Source of the DNA: a virus | Lineage: Duplodnaviria > Caudoviricetes | Length of the DNA stretch: 38,704 nt | Direction: 5' to 3' (one strand) | Virus record (IMG/VR): IMGVR_UViG_3300023092_000005 | Location: 1-38,704 of that record | In this document: positions 25,348 through 35,067 of the stretch, one piece after another | Position numbering within the stretch: position 1 is the stretch's first letter | Layout: every line of letters begins with the position of its first letter | Notes under the pieces: model-generated | The model's database searches: none | Told to the model about the DNA's origin: nothing | What the model saw: only the letters and a program-made list of their open reading frames with translations | Translations under genes and position numbers: made by a program

Positions 25348-27359
25348 TCTACGGCTGCAGTAAAGCCGGTGCTATCGGCTTCTGCCTGCGCTATGGCATT
25401 GTCGGATATCTCTAGTGCTTCGGCAATGGGAACAGTTCTGCCATCGTCTAGCGTGATGGATAGGTCAGGACGTTCTGCGACAAGTTGACGGGCTGCGTTT
25501 ACTTCTGGGGATGAGTATTTGCCTTGCACTGCTGGTGCGGCTTGCTCAAAGGCCTGTGGTGTCTGTTCAGCTTGTGGCGTTACGGCAGGAGGTGATTCAC
25601 TTCCACGCGAGCCAGATATCCCATCATCAGGACGAATAACCTGTTCTGGATTGAAAACTACATATTCATTTACTGGATCGCCATTAGGTCGCTTATCCCT
25701 GATAATCACGCCATCGTAACCAAGCTCTTGCAGTCCACGGCTAATTAACTCTGACTGCGCACCCGTTGTATCACGCACGTCCTCAATGCCAAGCAATGTA
25801 TTTATCTCTGCGTAGTCGTCAATGGTAAGCGGATTCTTCATACGGACATTAGCTTCAATAAGGTTACTTCCATACTCAGAAGCAATAGCCTTGTCGTTGG
25901 TGAAATATATTCCTTTACCTGCAAAGCCTTCGTCAGTTTTCCCCGCTCTAGCTATATCGAAGTTATCAAAGGTCGCATCTGTCCCGTGGTAAACAGTGAC
26001 AGGACTTGCATCAGCATTGGCGAGAATGTCTGCTGGCTTACCTAAAGCACGGCCTACACCATCGGCTAACTGTTCAGGCGTATAAGCCACATCACCGTTC
26101 TCATGCCTGATGATAGCGGTAGTAATCTTCTGCAATGTGGCAGGGTCTTTGAGGTCTAGCTTGTCACCGGGCTTTACGCCCATCTCTTTTGCCACGGAGT
26201 TGATATAACTTGCCGTATCATTCTCGCCAGCCGGTGCCCAGCGATTAATGATGCCGTCTACCGTGTTCAGTCCGTATTTGTTCTGATAAGTCAGCAGGTT
26301 CTTACCCAATGCCCGGATGCCGTTCTCTGGTGTATCAAAGGTGGCAAAGCGTCCGTCCGAACCTGTCTTTCCTTGAAACGGGATAGAGGCTTCGATATTG
26401 CCGGGATTGTTGTTACGAACTCCGCGAGTAGGACGAATGAATGCAGCCTTACCAATATCAGTTTTGATAGTGACCGGCTCACCGCGTACCAGTTGATTGA
26501 TTGTGTCTTCCACTGTCTGACGATGGATATTGACTGATGCAGGGTCGATAGCTGCACCCGGGCCGGAGTTATTCTCTTGCGCCTGGATGTTCTTAACCAT
26601 TGTGGCATTGAGTACATCAGGGGGGATCTGTACATCACGCCCCGATATCTTAGCGCCTAATCGTGCAGCACCCATGAAACCTAATCCCATGATGGTATCG
26701 GTTAATACGGCGGTACTGTCGAAGGCCTGATACTGATCGGCTTGCAGGTTATATCCATTGTCTCGCAGTATCTTGGAGGTCTCGGCACGTTGAATCACGC
26801 CAACACCTGTATTAGCCCCGACTGTAACGACTGCATCCTTGACTATGTTTTTAGCGAATGAACCCGGCAGAATCGCTCCTAGACCTGTAGACGTGGCATC
26901 CACAAATGCTTTCTTGCGAGCAGTCACAGGGTCGATACCGTTAGCAATAGATTCGGCTTCCGATGCGTCATATTCTGGAATGCCAGCAAAGGCTGCCGCA
27001 CCGATCGGGCCAGCTACAATAGCGCCTAGACCTGCACGCGGTATCACATCAAAGAACCCGTTGACTATCTCGCCTGCAATGCCCGTGTCTTCTGGCTGTA
27101 GCAGTTTAAGCGATTGACCTAAATCCTCCTGGATGTCGGTTTCGATGCGTGCGCGATTGATAGGGTCGAATCGTGTCTGCGACCCTACGGTACGGTTCAG
27201 GAATGCACCGGACTTCACAATGGATTTGACTACACCTTTCCCGGCTTCTGGCACTACATTCTTAAAGATACCCGGCTCCGGCCCGCCACCGACAGGCAGT
27301 AGCTGACTCTGGATATTGGACAGGTCTGATTCTTCGTTAAGTGAATCTAGGTATGACAT
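25326..27359 (-). CDS. Internal virion / ejection protein with lysozyme-like and ADP-ribosyltransferase domains
   Basis: Gly/Ala-rich N-terminus; RNNNPGNI...FATF.TPE.GIRA...RWAP..ENDT..Y...AI..HENG; then VYHGT...GKGIYFT....A.EY...GYDGVII...EYVVFNPEQV. Confidence 0.85.
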   Translation of the reverse strand: MSYLDSLNEESDLSNIQSQLLPVGGGPEPGIFKNVVPEAGKGVVKSIVKSGAFLNRTVGSQTRFDPINRARIETDIQEDLGQSLKLLQPEDTGIAGEIVNGFFDVIPRAGLGAIVAGPIGAAAFAGIPEYDASEAESIANGIDPVTARKKAFVDATSTGLGAILPGSFAKNIVKDAVVTVGANTGVGVIQRAETSKILRDNGYNLQADQYQAFDSTAVLTDTIMGLGFMGAARLGAKISGRDVQIPPDVLNATMVKNIQAQENNSGPGAAIDPASVNIHRQTVEDTINQLVRGEPVTIKTDIGKAAFIRPTRGVRNNNPGNIEASIPFQGKTGSDGRFATFDTPENGIRALGKNLLTYQNKYGLNTVDGIINRWAPAGENDTASYINSVAKEMGVKPGDKLDLKDPATLQKITTAIIRHENGDVAYTPEQLADGVGRALGKPADILANADASPVTVYHGTDATFDNFDIARAGKTDEGFAGKGIYFTNDKAIASEYGSNLIEANVRMKNPLTIDDYAEINTLLGIEDVRDTTGAQSELISRGLQELGYDGVIIRDKRPNGDPVNEYVVFNPEQVIRPDDGISGSRGSESPPAVTPQAEQTPQAFEQAAPAVQGKYSSPEVNAARQLVAERPDLSITLDDGRTVPIAEALEISDNAIAQAEADSTGFTAAVECFLRSA

Positions 27360-29560
27360 TAGCCATCGTTCCCTGTGAATCGTGGTTTAGCTTTAGGTGC
27401 CGGTGCAGTCGGTGTGATCTTAGGCGTGGCATTGGGATTCATGAAGCGCGTAGTCCCGACAGCAGCAGCGTTCTCCACTGGAGTTTTCCCATCGAACCCA
27501 TTCACATTCACCGTAACAGGATTGCCGTTTACATCACCTAACCTCACAGCGCCGTTCTGCAAGAAGAACACGCCCTCTTGACCGGATGGGATGAGCGGCA
27601 TGTTAGCCAGTTCGCCGGTGTCATAACCTGTGTTTGTAGCGATAGTCTTCAATGAAGTATTAACCGCACCCTCGAACTTGTCATCACTCCACCCGTAAGG
27701 CTTGATGACCTTCTGGTTGTTGTAATCGAACGTGCCACCTGTCACCACGTTAAATGCTGCATCGCCTAGTTTGGAATCAACATCCTTGTTCTGCGTGTCA
27801 TGAGTAACGCCGTAGTCTTTCATCATCCCAGCATAAGCGGCTTTGAATCCAGCAAATGCCGCGTTACGGGCTGGGCCGGTTGGAATTGAATTACCTACTG
27901 CCTCTTGAAAGTAAGCTGCAAAGGCATTCTCTGTGGGGGTAAGTACAGACTTATCCGTGAGGATCTTGTCACCGGCAAGGATAGTCCTGGCTACGTTGCG
28001 TCCTGTGGTTGTGGTTAGGTTACGGAATGCGGCTGCACCTGCGATTTGCATGATGGGTTTATCAGCAGCAACGGCTTTAAGCGCTCCGTTATAGAACGTG
28101 GCATTACCCCCGGAGGCTTGAGACAGCACACCGAGTATCGCTAGTTTAGCCGTGTCATCGCCTTTGTCGTAAGCGGCCTTGAACAACATCTGCTCTTGAG
28201 GCAGGAACGGTGTCATGCCGGTTGTAGGCCCATTGATTCTGCGCAATCCGTCCAGGGTCATGAACCTGTCTTTAAGCTCACTGGCTACCTTCTGCAATCC
28301 GCCTGCTGTAGATAGTTCATTTAATGATAATGGAGCCTGCTGTACGCCGGTCAAGTTCTGGTTGTACTCAAGCGGTGAGTCGGTCAATAGCTTCTGCTGT
28401 GCTTCAAGAGCAGTAGTGAGGCGCTTAAGATTCGACTGGTCGCGTACCGTTGCGCCTTCTGTCCTTGCCTTCACTGTAAGTGCCTGGACAAATGCTTGCT
28501 GATCGGCAGGCGGCATGTGGACAACCTTCTGTATCGTGTCCTGATATTCCATCAACTGATTAAACTCCGCTTCCGCTGGGGTTCCCTTCACCTTCTCTTG
28601 CCATTGTAGAGTAGTGACGGCAGGGGGAAGTATGCCGGTAGAGATTTGTGTCTCGACTTCCTGCAATACAGATTTACCTTGAGCATCCAGCCGTGCAGTC
28701 GCTACGGTCTGTTTAGTCTCCAGCTGGTCTATACGTCCGTCTATCTGGCGTGCAATGGCGATACGGCGTTCAGGGTCTAGCTTATCTATGTAATAGCCAT
28801 CGTCTTTGGTCAGTTCAGATTTAACGCGGGTGAGTCCTTGGATATCATCCGAGTAAGTGCCATAAAGATTATTAACTTGATTAGTCCAGTTACCCTCTTG
28901 GAATGTCCTGATGCGCTTGGAGATAACATCGTCTGCGATGCCTGCGTTCTTCGCCACGATACGGTACCGTGCGGCAGCATCCTGATTGATTTGAGCGACA
29001 TTGGCACCGGGTGCAGCGGCTAGCTTCTCGTTAAGTGCTAGACCTTCCTCTGCTGTTCCCTTCTGTGTCTCATTGAACTGCTTGCCAGCGGCTTTCTGTA
29101 CGTCGAGATAAGCACCTTGCCTCACCCGTCCTATGCTAGCCTGGTAATTCTCAAGGACTACAGGGTCGCGGCTTTCAGGCTGATACTCTGGCAACTTAGA
29201 CAGTCGGTCGTTGTAGGCTTTCTGGGCATCGGTGTAAGATATAGTCCCGTTATCCAGTCCCATCTGTACGTCAGCAGATACGCCCTTAACGTCCAATTCG
29301 TGCTGTGTGACAGCGTTTACAGCCTTCGCCCTAGCTAGGTCATCAACCGCCTTCTGTTGCTCCTTCTGGATGCGCATCTGTTCGTTCTGTGCGGCAACAC
29401 GCTCGTTATTCTCTTGCTGGATAAGTGCGCCACCGATACGAACCCCTGTCGTTGCCAGGTTAGATATTGAATCAGCGACTTGATTATCAACAGGCGCGAC
29501 AGGAGTACGACCGGCCTGCGCTAGGACTTGCGTGCCTTGTGAGCGTGTGATTTGTGCCAT
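27359..29560 (-). CDS. Internal virion / ejection protein
   Basis: 733 aa Gln/Ala-rich helical protein in the ejection cluster. Confidence 0.75.
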   Translation of the reverse strand: MAQITRSQGTQVLAQAGRTPVAPVDNQVADSISNLATTGVRIGGALIQQENNERVAAQNEQMRIQKEQQKAVDDLARAKAVNAVTQHELDVKGVSADVQMGLDNGTISYTDAQKAYNDRLSKLPEYQPESRDPVVLENYQASIGRVRQGAYLDVQKAAGKQFNETQKGTAEEGLALNEKLAAAPGANVAQINQDAAARYRIVAKNAGIADDVISKRIRTFQEGNWTNQVNNLYGTYSDDIQGLTRVKSELTKDDGYYIDKLDPERRIAIARQIDGRIDQLETKQTVATARLDAQGKSVLQEVETQISTGILPPAVTTLQWQEKVKGTPAEAEFNQLMEYQDTIQKVVHMPPADQQAFVQALTVKARTEGATVRDQSNLKRLTTALEAQQKLLTDSPLEYNQNLTGVQQAPLSLNELSTAGGLQKVASELKDRFMTLDGLRRINGPTTGMTPFLPQEQMLFKAAYDKGDDTAKLAILGVLSQASGGNATFYNGALKAVAADKPIMQIAGAAAFRNLTTTTGRNVARTILAGDKILTDKSVLTPTENAFAAYFQEAVGNSIPTGPARNAAFAGFKAAYAGMMKDYGVTHDTQNKDVDSKLGDAAFNVVTGGTFDYNNQKVIKPYGWSDDKFEGAVNTSLKTIATNTGYDTGELANMPLIPSGQEGVFFLQNGAVRLGDVNGNPVTVNVNGFDGKTPVENAAAVGTTRFMNPNATPKITPTAPAPKAKPRFTGNDG

Positions 29561-30114
29561 TATGCGTTGTACCTGAATTGAGAGCCGTTGCCATCATAGA
29601 CAGGGAAGAATGAACCGTTTGTGCTTCCACTGTTCGGGTTTGTTGTCTTCCATCCCTTACTGCCGCTGGCTGCATATACGCCCTGTGCGCCTTGCTGTAG
29701 CGCAGAGAAGTAAGAGGCAGTCTGTGCGTTCTTGCCTTGACGTGCAGCGACCTTACCCTGATACGCGATATCACTGGCAGTCTTGCCACCGTTCAGGATA
29801 GTAGTGAGCGCGTCTTCCTCTGCATCCTGGTATATCTCCTGGTCGATAAGTTCAGCATTGCCGACACCTACCGTTACACCTGAACCTGCCATGTCACTAG
29901 CAGCCATCGATCTGCGGCGTTCTGCATCCTTGCGTATCTTGTTGGCTTCAAGCAATGATTCGCTGCGCTTGTTGCGTGCATCGATATCCGCCTGCTCTTG
30001 TGCGTCTTTCCCCGCTTTCTTGGCTGCGGCTCCTTGCTCTAACGCTGAATAAACGCCTACCCCAGCAGCAGCTATGGTGGCATACGTTGCAAAGGTGGCT
30101 AATTCGATACCCAT
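29560..30114 (-). CDS. Small internal virion protein (gp14-like)
   Basis: Hydrophobic Ala/Gly N-terminus, coiled coil and A.SGV motif. Confidence 0.75.
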   Translation of the reverse strand: MGIELATFATYATIAAAGVGVYSALEQGAAAKKAGKDAQEQADIDARNKRSESLLEANKIRKDAERRRSMAASDMAGSGVTVGVGNAELIDQEIYQDAEEDALTTILNGGKTASDIAYQGKVAARQGKNAQTASYFSALQQGAQGVYAASGSKGWKTTNPNSGSTNGSFFPVYDGNGSQFRYNA

Positions 30115-30116
30115 TT

Positions 30117-30566
30117 TTATAACTCCATCTTATAGAGGTGTCCGTAGTTCTCAAAACCGCAGTGCTGGTACAGCCTGTCCGTACCTTCTGGGTTCACTTC
30201 TGTAGTCAATCCCATGATGATGATTGAAGCCCCTTTAAGGCCACACCATGCAGTAAACTTGTTTATAAGGTTCTTGGCGATTACCCCGTTACGCTTGCCA
30301 GGTTCCACGAAGAAGGCATATTCATAGCCTATCAGTTCGTCATTGAACCACCGTGCATCCACGTTACCTGCAATGCCGCCGATTATCTCACCATTATGCC
30401 GAGTTACATATACCACGCAGTCAGGGTTATCGATCATGTGCGCCAGCGTGTGAGATACCTTAACCGCATTGTACCCATGCTGTTTGTAGCTTGGGGACTC
30501 CTGTACGAGTTGGTAGCCTAACTGCACCATGCGCGGGATATCACCTTTGGTCGCTAGCTCTATCAA
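30117..30566 (-). CDS. GNAT-fold acetyltransferase-like protein in the virion module
   Basis: FFVEPGKRNG..A..LI...W....GA.......LY...GF; lies between tail tube B and the ejection genes. Confidence 0.8.
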   Translation of the reverse strand: MIELATKGDIPRMVQLGYQLVQESPSYKQHGYNAVKVSHTLAHMIDNPDCVVYVTRHNGEIIGGIAGNVDARWFNDELIGYEYAFFVEPGKRNGVIAKNLINKFTAWCGLKGASIIIMGLTTEVNPEGTDRLYQHCGFENYGHLYKMEL

Positions 30567-32728
30567 TTGACGGTTATCTTTCGGATGATATCGAGTAAGT
30601 GGAATGGCATAGGGTATGGCTGGCTAATCTCGCATTTAGTTAAATATACTTGGTCTTGCAGGGTAGTGAATCGCACATCACCTGAAACTACAGGCACAGG
30701 CTGGTCAAGTAGTTCATCACCGAACTTGCGGAAGTCGATAGGATTGCCGTTAATCGCGACAGCACTGGTATCCAATACCCTTACAGTGATTTGATTGATA
30801 TGGATCTGGTCGCCCTGTGTCGTACCTGTAGGGCCATCGATAGCCGGTTGATTCGGGATAATCAGCGGGGTAAAGGCTAGGCCTATCTGCACGTCATTAG
30901 CTGGCTTGTTTAAGGTAACTGCGCCGCCTGATACGGTATATTTCCCACCGAATTTGCCATCAGCACGAACCTGCACTTCCATACCCTCCAGCCACGGCAT
31001 GCCTGTCCATGTTTTCTTAGCTACAGCATCGAACCCAACATAAGCGCAATCCAGATAGACGTTGCGGTCAAACACTTCAATGTAGCGGACATCATTGCCA
31101 TTGATATTGCGCTTAACGGTGACGTAGATATCATCAATGTCCTGATATGGGATAGAAGCGACTGATTCGAATGAGCCTTGAGTAGTCCAGCGGTTCCATC
31201 CTGTGACCTCTTGGTCGATGTCGTAAGCGCATACCGGCATCTGTCCGTCAGTACGAATGGTCAATATCGAGGGGTCAGGGTTCTTGGCATAGGCCATGTC
31301 CACTAGGCCCGTCTTTGTAATGTGGCTTGAAAAGATTGTACGGTCAGGCGAATTGTAAGAGTTGTTCTCATACCTGTAGCCGGCAGCATTTACTTTCAAT
31401 CCGCTAGAGTTGACGAAAACAATCTCCGTCCCTGCTTTCACAGGTTTTACGTAGTTACAACCCGCAGCGGATTGGTCTTCTTTCTGGATATTCGTGGGGG
31501 TGATGGGCTTTTCTTGTCCGCCGAAGATAGTCATCTCGCTGTCTTCTGTCATCACAAGCAGTTGACCACTAGGAGCCAGGTGACGAATAGGCGTATTGGT
31601 ATAGCCATCCAGTTCAAAGCGGAATGCGTCATCGTCCTTGGTGCCGAACTGAAAGTTTAGATAGCCTTGTATCTGGCTACCCCATATGTTCAATGGGTAT
31701 TTAGGACTGCCAGCATAGAACAGGCGTTGTTTACTTATCGATACTGCCCGTGGATATCCAAAGGTAGCATTCCATGCACCTGTCTCCATCGACCATGAGT
31801 AAGCAGGCGCGGGAACGGTACTGGTAAGCGACTGGAGGATAGTTCCTGTCATGGTGGTGGAGTTGGTATAGGCGGTCAATTGAATCAAGCCACCGTTGAT
31901 TACAATGTACTTACCAACGTCGCCGCTGCGTAATGCTCCTACTGATGCAGTAAGCGTAGTAGATGAACCGGCAGGACTTGCCACACTGGATGTTAAGTTA
32001 GTTAATGGGCTTCCAGATACTAGCCATCCGAGGCTTGGCAATACTAATTGTGGAAAAGCTGAAAGGATAGTCAGCGTGGCATTGCCTGCTGTCGTGTTCG
32101 TGATAGTTGCTACACCACCGTTATAAGTAATCGTCCGACCAACGTCCGCAGTCAGGAAGTAGCTTGAGGATGATGTCGCTGTGATTCCTGATCCTGTTAA
32201 TGCAGATAGCGTCAGTGTGCCAGTAGGGTAGTCACCTATCTCCTCAAATGGTTCTGTGATGAATGGCGTGTTGATCAGGTTCCAGCGGTTGTCCTGGAAG
32301 CGTTGCAGGCGTTGCGGATAGACTTCTGAGTGTGTCAGGAAGCATGTATCCGACTTCTGCGAGTAATCTATCTCACGCAATCTAGCCTCTGTGTACGGGG
32401 ACACAATCTCATACGGTACGCCAGGCGATGCTTCGATGTAGGCACGGTTCATCAGGAAGCGAGCATGTATGTCCCCTAGCTCCACCACATAGGATTGAGC
32501 TTTGGAGTACACGAACCTGACCAGACGGGATATCTTGGATGCGTTCTTTGTTGTTGCAATGTACCGAGTCCCGGGCCTACGTTGTGCGCCTCCCTGTACC
32601 GAGATTAGGCAGTTCTCCATCGTTGCTACGCCGTTGTTCCACTTAGCCACATCCATGCGGCCTTTAGAGATTTGTGGAGACAGTTCCCCGGCGCTGAAAT
32701 TGGTGGAGATGAAGCGGACGTTAGCCAT
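30563..32728 (-). CDS. Tail tubular protein B (nozzle)
   Basis: TNFSAGELSP...N.....QGGA.RRPGT; GYPRAV....QRL; 721 aa. Confidence 0.88.
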   Translation of the reverse strand: MANVRFISTNFSAGELSPQISKGRMDVAKWNNGVATMENCLISVQGGAQRRPGTRYIATTKNASKISRLVRFVYSKAQSYVVELGDIHARFLMNRAYIEASPGVPYEIVSPYTEARLREIDYSQKSDTCFLTHSEVYPQRLQRFQDNRWNLINTPFITEPFEEIGDYPTGTLTLSALTGSGITATSSSSYFLTADVGRTITYNGGVATITNTTAGNATLTILSAFPQLVLPSLGWLVSGSPLTNLTSSVASPAGSSTTLTASVGALRSGDVGKYIVINGGLIQLTAYTNSTTMTGTILQSLTSTVPAPAYSWSMETGAWNATFGYPRAVSISKQRLFYAGSPKYPLNIWGSQIQGYLNFQFGTKDDDAFRFELDGYTNTPIRHLAPSGQLLVMTEDSEMTIFGGQEKPITPTNIQKEDQSAAGCNYVKPVKAGTEIVFVNSSGLKVNAAGYRYENNSYNSPDRTIFSSHITKTGLVDMAYAKNPDPSILTIRTDGQMPVCAYDIDQEVTGWNRWTTQGSFESVASIPYQDIDDIYVTVKRNINGNDVRYIEVFDRNVYLDCAYVGFDAVAKKTWTGMPWLEGMEVQVRADGKFGGKYTVSGGAVTLNKPANDVQIGLAFTPLIIPNQPAIDGPTGTTQGDQIHINQITVRVLDTSAVAINGNPIDFRKFGDELLDQPVPVVSGDVRFTTLQDQVYLTKCEISQPYPMPFHLLDIIRKITVN

Positions 32729-33312
32729 TAATAGCGGCCTGTAATGAAGCTGAAGTCATCCGACATCGGTTGACTTGGGTTCTCTTGCGAATCTATTGAC
32801 CTTGCCACCATAGCCATGCGCTCATACTCAGTACGCATCTGGTCACGGAGAGAGGCGGATTGTGTAATGGGGTAAGCGAGTTTCCACATCATGCGGGCGA
32901 TCATCAGCTCGATTAATTTACTGTCCCATGTTGCTTCTACCTCGTTGCGGTAGATGTATTCAATGGGCAACTGTGTTCCAACGGTCAGGATATAACCATC
33001 TTCAATGCGGAAGTCCAGGCAATTGAGTGAACCTACAAGGTAATCACCGATGGAATATAGGCGAATGAAGTCTGCGGGTAGTTTGAATCGAGATGCGTAG
33101 GCATAGATAGGGGCCGTTGAATCAGGGGCAAGGATAGCGCGGGTCATGGCACAGTTCCAGAAGCCTTCACGTAGCAGGGAATCACGTTCCTGGGGGTAAA
33201 GGTTAGCGCATAACTGGATGATATCGTTGTTATTGCCGCTAGGAGTGAATGAGGCTATTGGCCCTTTTCCGAACTGGAGCAGTGCAGAACTGCATATTGA
33301 AACTTTGTCCAT
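32728..33312 (-). CDS. Tail tubular protein A (adaptor)
   Basis: V.IC..AL...G...I...WNCA..R..L...F.LP.D.IR. Confidence 0.85.
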   Translation of the reverse strand: MDKVSICSSALLQFGKGPIASFTPSGNNNDIIQLCANLYPQERDSLLREGFWNCAMTRAILAPDSTAPIYAYASRFKLPADFIRLYSIGDYLVGSLNCLDFRIEDGYILTVGTQLPIEYIYRNEVEATWDSKLIELMIARMMWKLAYPITQSASLRDQMRTEYERMAMVARSIDSQENPSQPMSDDFSFITGRY

Positions 33313-33326
33313 TGTTATTCCCCATG

Positions 33327-33356
33327 AAAAAGGGCAAGCCGTGAAGCCTGCCCCTT
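33327..33356 (-). terminator. Rho-independent terminator after the capsid genes
   Basis: GGGCAGGC-TTCACG-GCTTGCCC followed by TTTTT on the minus strand. Confidence 0.8.
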
Positions 33357-33383
33357 GATATTACAACGTTTCACCTACTTAAA

Positions 33384-33842
33384 TCAAGGAGATACGAACT
33401 CAAGTTCAATACGAATCGCCTGATTTGCCAATGGTGTAGCACCACCGAAGGTAAGGAACACTTCTGACTCTTCCGGTACAGTATAGAACTGACCGCCAGT
33501 AGTCTTGGTGCCTGTCACAACGGACTGTGTTTGCGCAGTAGCGATAGATGCATTTGTTACATACGCAGTTGCATCGGACGCGACCTTCGTTGCATTGTTA
33601 CGCAAGCCCACTGACAGCGTGGTGGAAGCTGTACCGACTGCACTTGAAATAATAACCTCAGCAGATATACGAGCGCCCATTGGAAGAACAATGCCTGTGC
33701 CGGCAGTGTCACCGTTAGCGCCAGACCAAACAGCAGGTGTGTCGATGAACAGCTTGCGAACTGGGTTGAATGAACCGGCAGTAGTCTTTTGACCGGCAAT
33801 CTGTGCAACCTTTGTACGGGTTGCGGTGTTTAAATCAGCCAT
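33384..33842 (-). CDS. Capsid cement/decoration protein (putative)
   Basis: 152 aa beta-rich protein with LP.GARI motif, between the capsid gene and the terminator. Confidence 0.7.
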   Translation of the reverse strand: MADLNTATRTKVAQIAGQKTTAGSFNPVRKLFIDTPAVWSGANGDTAGTGIVLPMGARISAEVIISSAVGTASTTLSVGLRNNATKVASDATAYVTNASIATAQTQSVVTGTKTTGGQFYTVPEESEVFLTFGGATPLANQAIRIELEFVSP

Positions 33843-33862
33843 GATAATTCTCCGTAATTAGG

Positions 33863-34729
33863 TTAGATGAATGAGATCGAAACGACTTTCTTTTCGTCTT
33901 GACGACCTGCACCATAGGAAGCGGCATAACTAACCTGCCATGAATCCTTCTTGTCATTACGAATCGAAACGCGGCCTTCTTCAAAGCCCCAGCCGAAGTG
34001 AATACCTGATTTAGCATAGGCAACTGTGGTCTTAGTACCGGCCACGTTACGGATGCGCTCGTAAGGAATCCACTCGAAACCCATCCAGTGACCGCTGATT
34101 TTGCCGGTCTGTAGCATCTGTGTTGCCATGAAGTCAGCAGAAGTCAACTGAGTATCAGACATGATCGATGCCATTGCGGTTGAATCGTAGAGCATGAACA
34201 GTTCTTCACCGTCATTCTCATCCGCTTCATTCGCACGCAGGATAGTCTTAGCCTGGATGATCTTGGCCTTGGTGAACGCTGTACCACCTGCTGCGATCAA
34301 CTGACCAGCTGGCAGCGTGTAGGTTGTCACACCGTTTTGGGCAATGATCGGGTCAAGTGCTGCGCTGTAGATGATGTCATCAATCTTACGGTTACGAGCA
34401 GCAATCAGCGTGTCCATGTACTGACCGCCTGTCGCTGGGTTCACGATCATTTTTGCAACGTCTGCACGGTCTACAGGCAATGCTTTGTAGAAGTCGCGCA
34501 TAACCACGTTGCGGGCTGTGTGGTCGATATCGTCCCACAGCGTATCGCCGTGGCGGGTGATGTTTTCCTGCATTTCAACCGATGCCAGGTTAGTGATGGT
34601 AAAGGACGAACCTAATACCTGACCACGATCTGTAACGGTCTTGCGTAAACGGGATTCTTTTTGTTGGGCGGCTAGACGAAGTGTCTTGTCCCACTGCGTG
34701 ATAAATTGGGTGCTGACTGAATCAGACAT
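33863..34729 (-). CDS. Major capsid protein
   Basis: F..Q.......AQQKESRLR..V...RKIDDII..A...W.GF.WI...GA.R..E.KVV; AGGAG SD. Confidence 0.9.
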   Translation of the reverse strand: MSDSVSTQFITQWDKTLRLAAQQKESRLRKTVTDRGQVLGSSFTITNLASVEMQENITRHGDTLWDDIDHTARNVVMRDFYKALPVDRADVAKMIVNPATGGQYMDTLIAARNRKIDDIIYSAALDPIIAQNGVTTYTLPAGQLIAAGGTAFTKAKIIQAKTILRANEADENDGEELFMLYDSTAMASIMSDTQLTSADFMATQMLQTGKISGHWMGFEWIPYERIRNVAGTKTTVAYAKSGIHFGWGFEEGRVSIRNDKKDSWQVSYAASYGAGRQDEKKVVSISFI

Positions 34730-34854
34730 GATCGGACTCCTAATAAGTAAAAAGTGTTTAGTTTTTTGCCATTAGGTGAACCGGTAACCGGGCCTGTTGC
34801 TTGGCTTGCTGACTTACTGCAAGTGATCTCTCAGTCATAAGAGGCTTACGCGTG

Positions 34855-34883
34855 AATGTAGGGGATTTCTTACACTGTGTCAA
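34855..34883 (-). promoter_or_regulatory. Sigma70-type promoter for the capsid gene
   Basis: TTGACA-17 bp-TACATT. Confidence 0.75.
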
Positions 34884-34898
34884 GCGCTGAATGATGGT

Positions 34899-34973
34899 TG
34901 GTACAGGTACGGAGAATCGAACTCCGATTGACTGGATGAAAACCAGTTGTTCTAGCCGTTAAACTATACCTGT
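34899..34973 (-). tRNA. tRNA-Glu (TTC)
   Basis: Acceptor ACAGGTA/TACCTGT, anticodon arm ACTGG-TTTTCAT-CCAGT, T-arm CGGAG-TTCGATT-CTCCG, encoded CCA. Confidence 0.9.
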
Positions 34974-34974
34974 A

Positions 34975-35049
34975 TGGCGCCCAATAGCGGAATCGAACCG
35001 CTGTAACAGGATAGACAATCCCGCGTAATAACCTCTATACGAATTGGGC
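34975..35049 (-). tRNA. tRNA-Asp (GTC)
   Basis: Acceptor GCCCAAT/ATTGGGC, anticodon arm CGGGA-TTGTCTA-TCCTG, T-arm AGCGG-TTCGATT-CCGCT, encoded CCA. Confidence 0.9.
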
Positions 35050-35067
35050 ATGGCATAAGTATACGTG

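Noticed and set aside
30117-30566. GNAT acetyltransferase as a novel toxin or effector
   Set aside because: A GNAT-like gene at this position is a common part of podovirus virion modules.
33840-33905. T7 10A/10B-style frameshift fusing capsid to the downstream protein
   Set aside because: The -1 frame reaches TAA before the next gene, and there is no canonical slippery heptamer.
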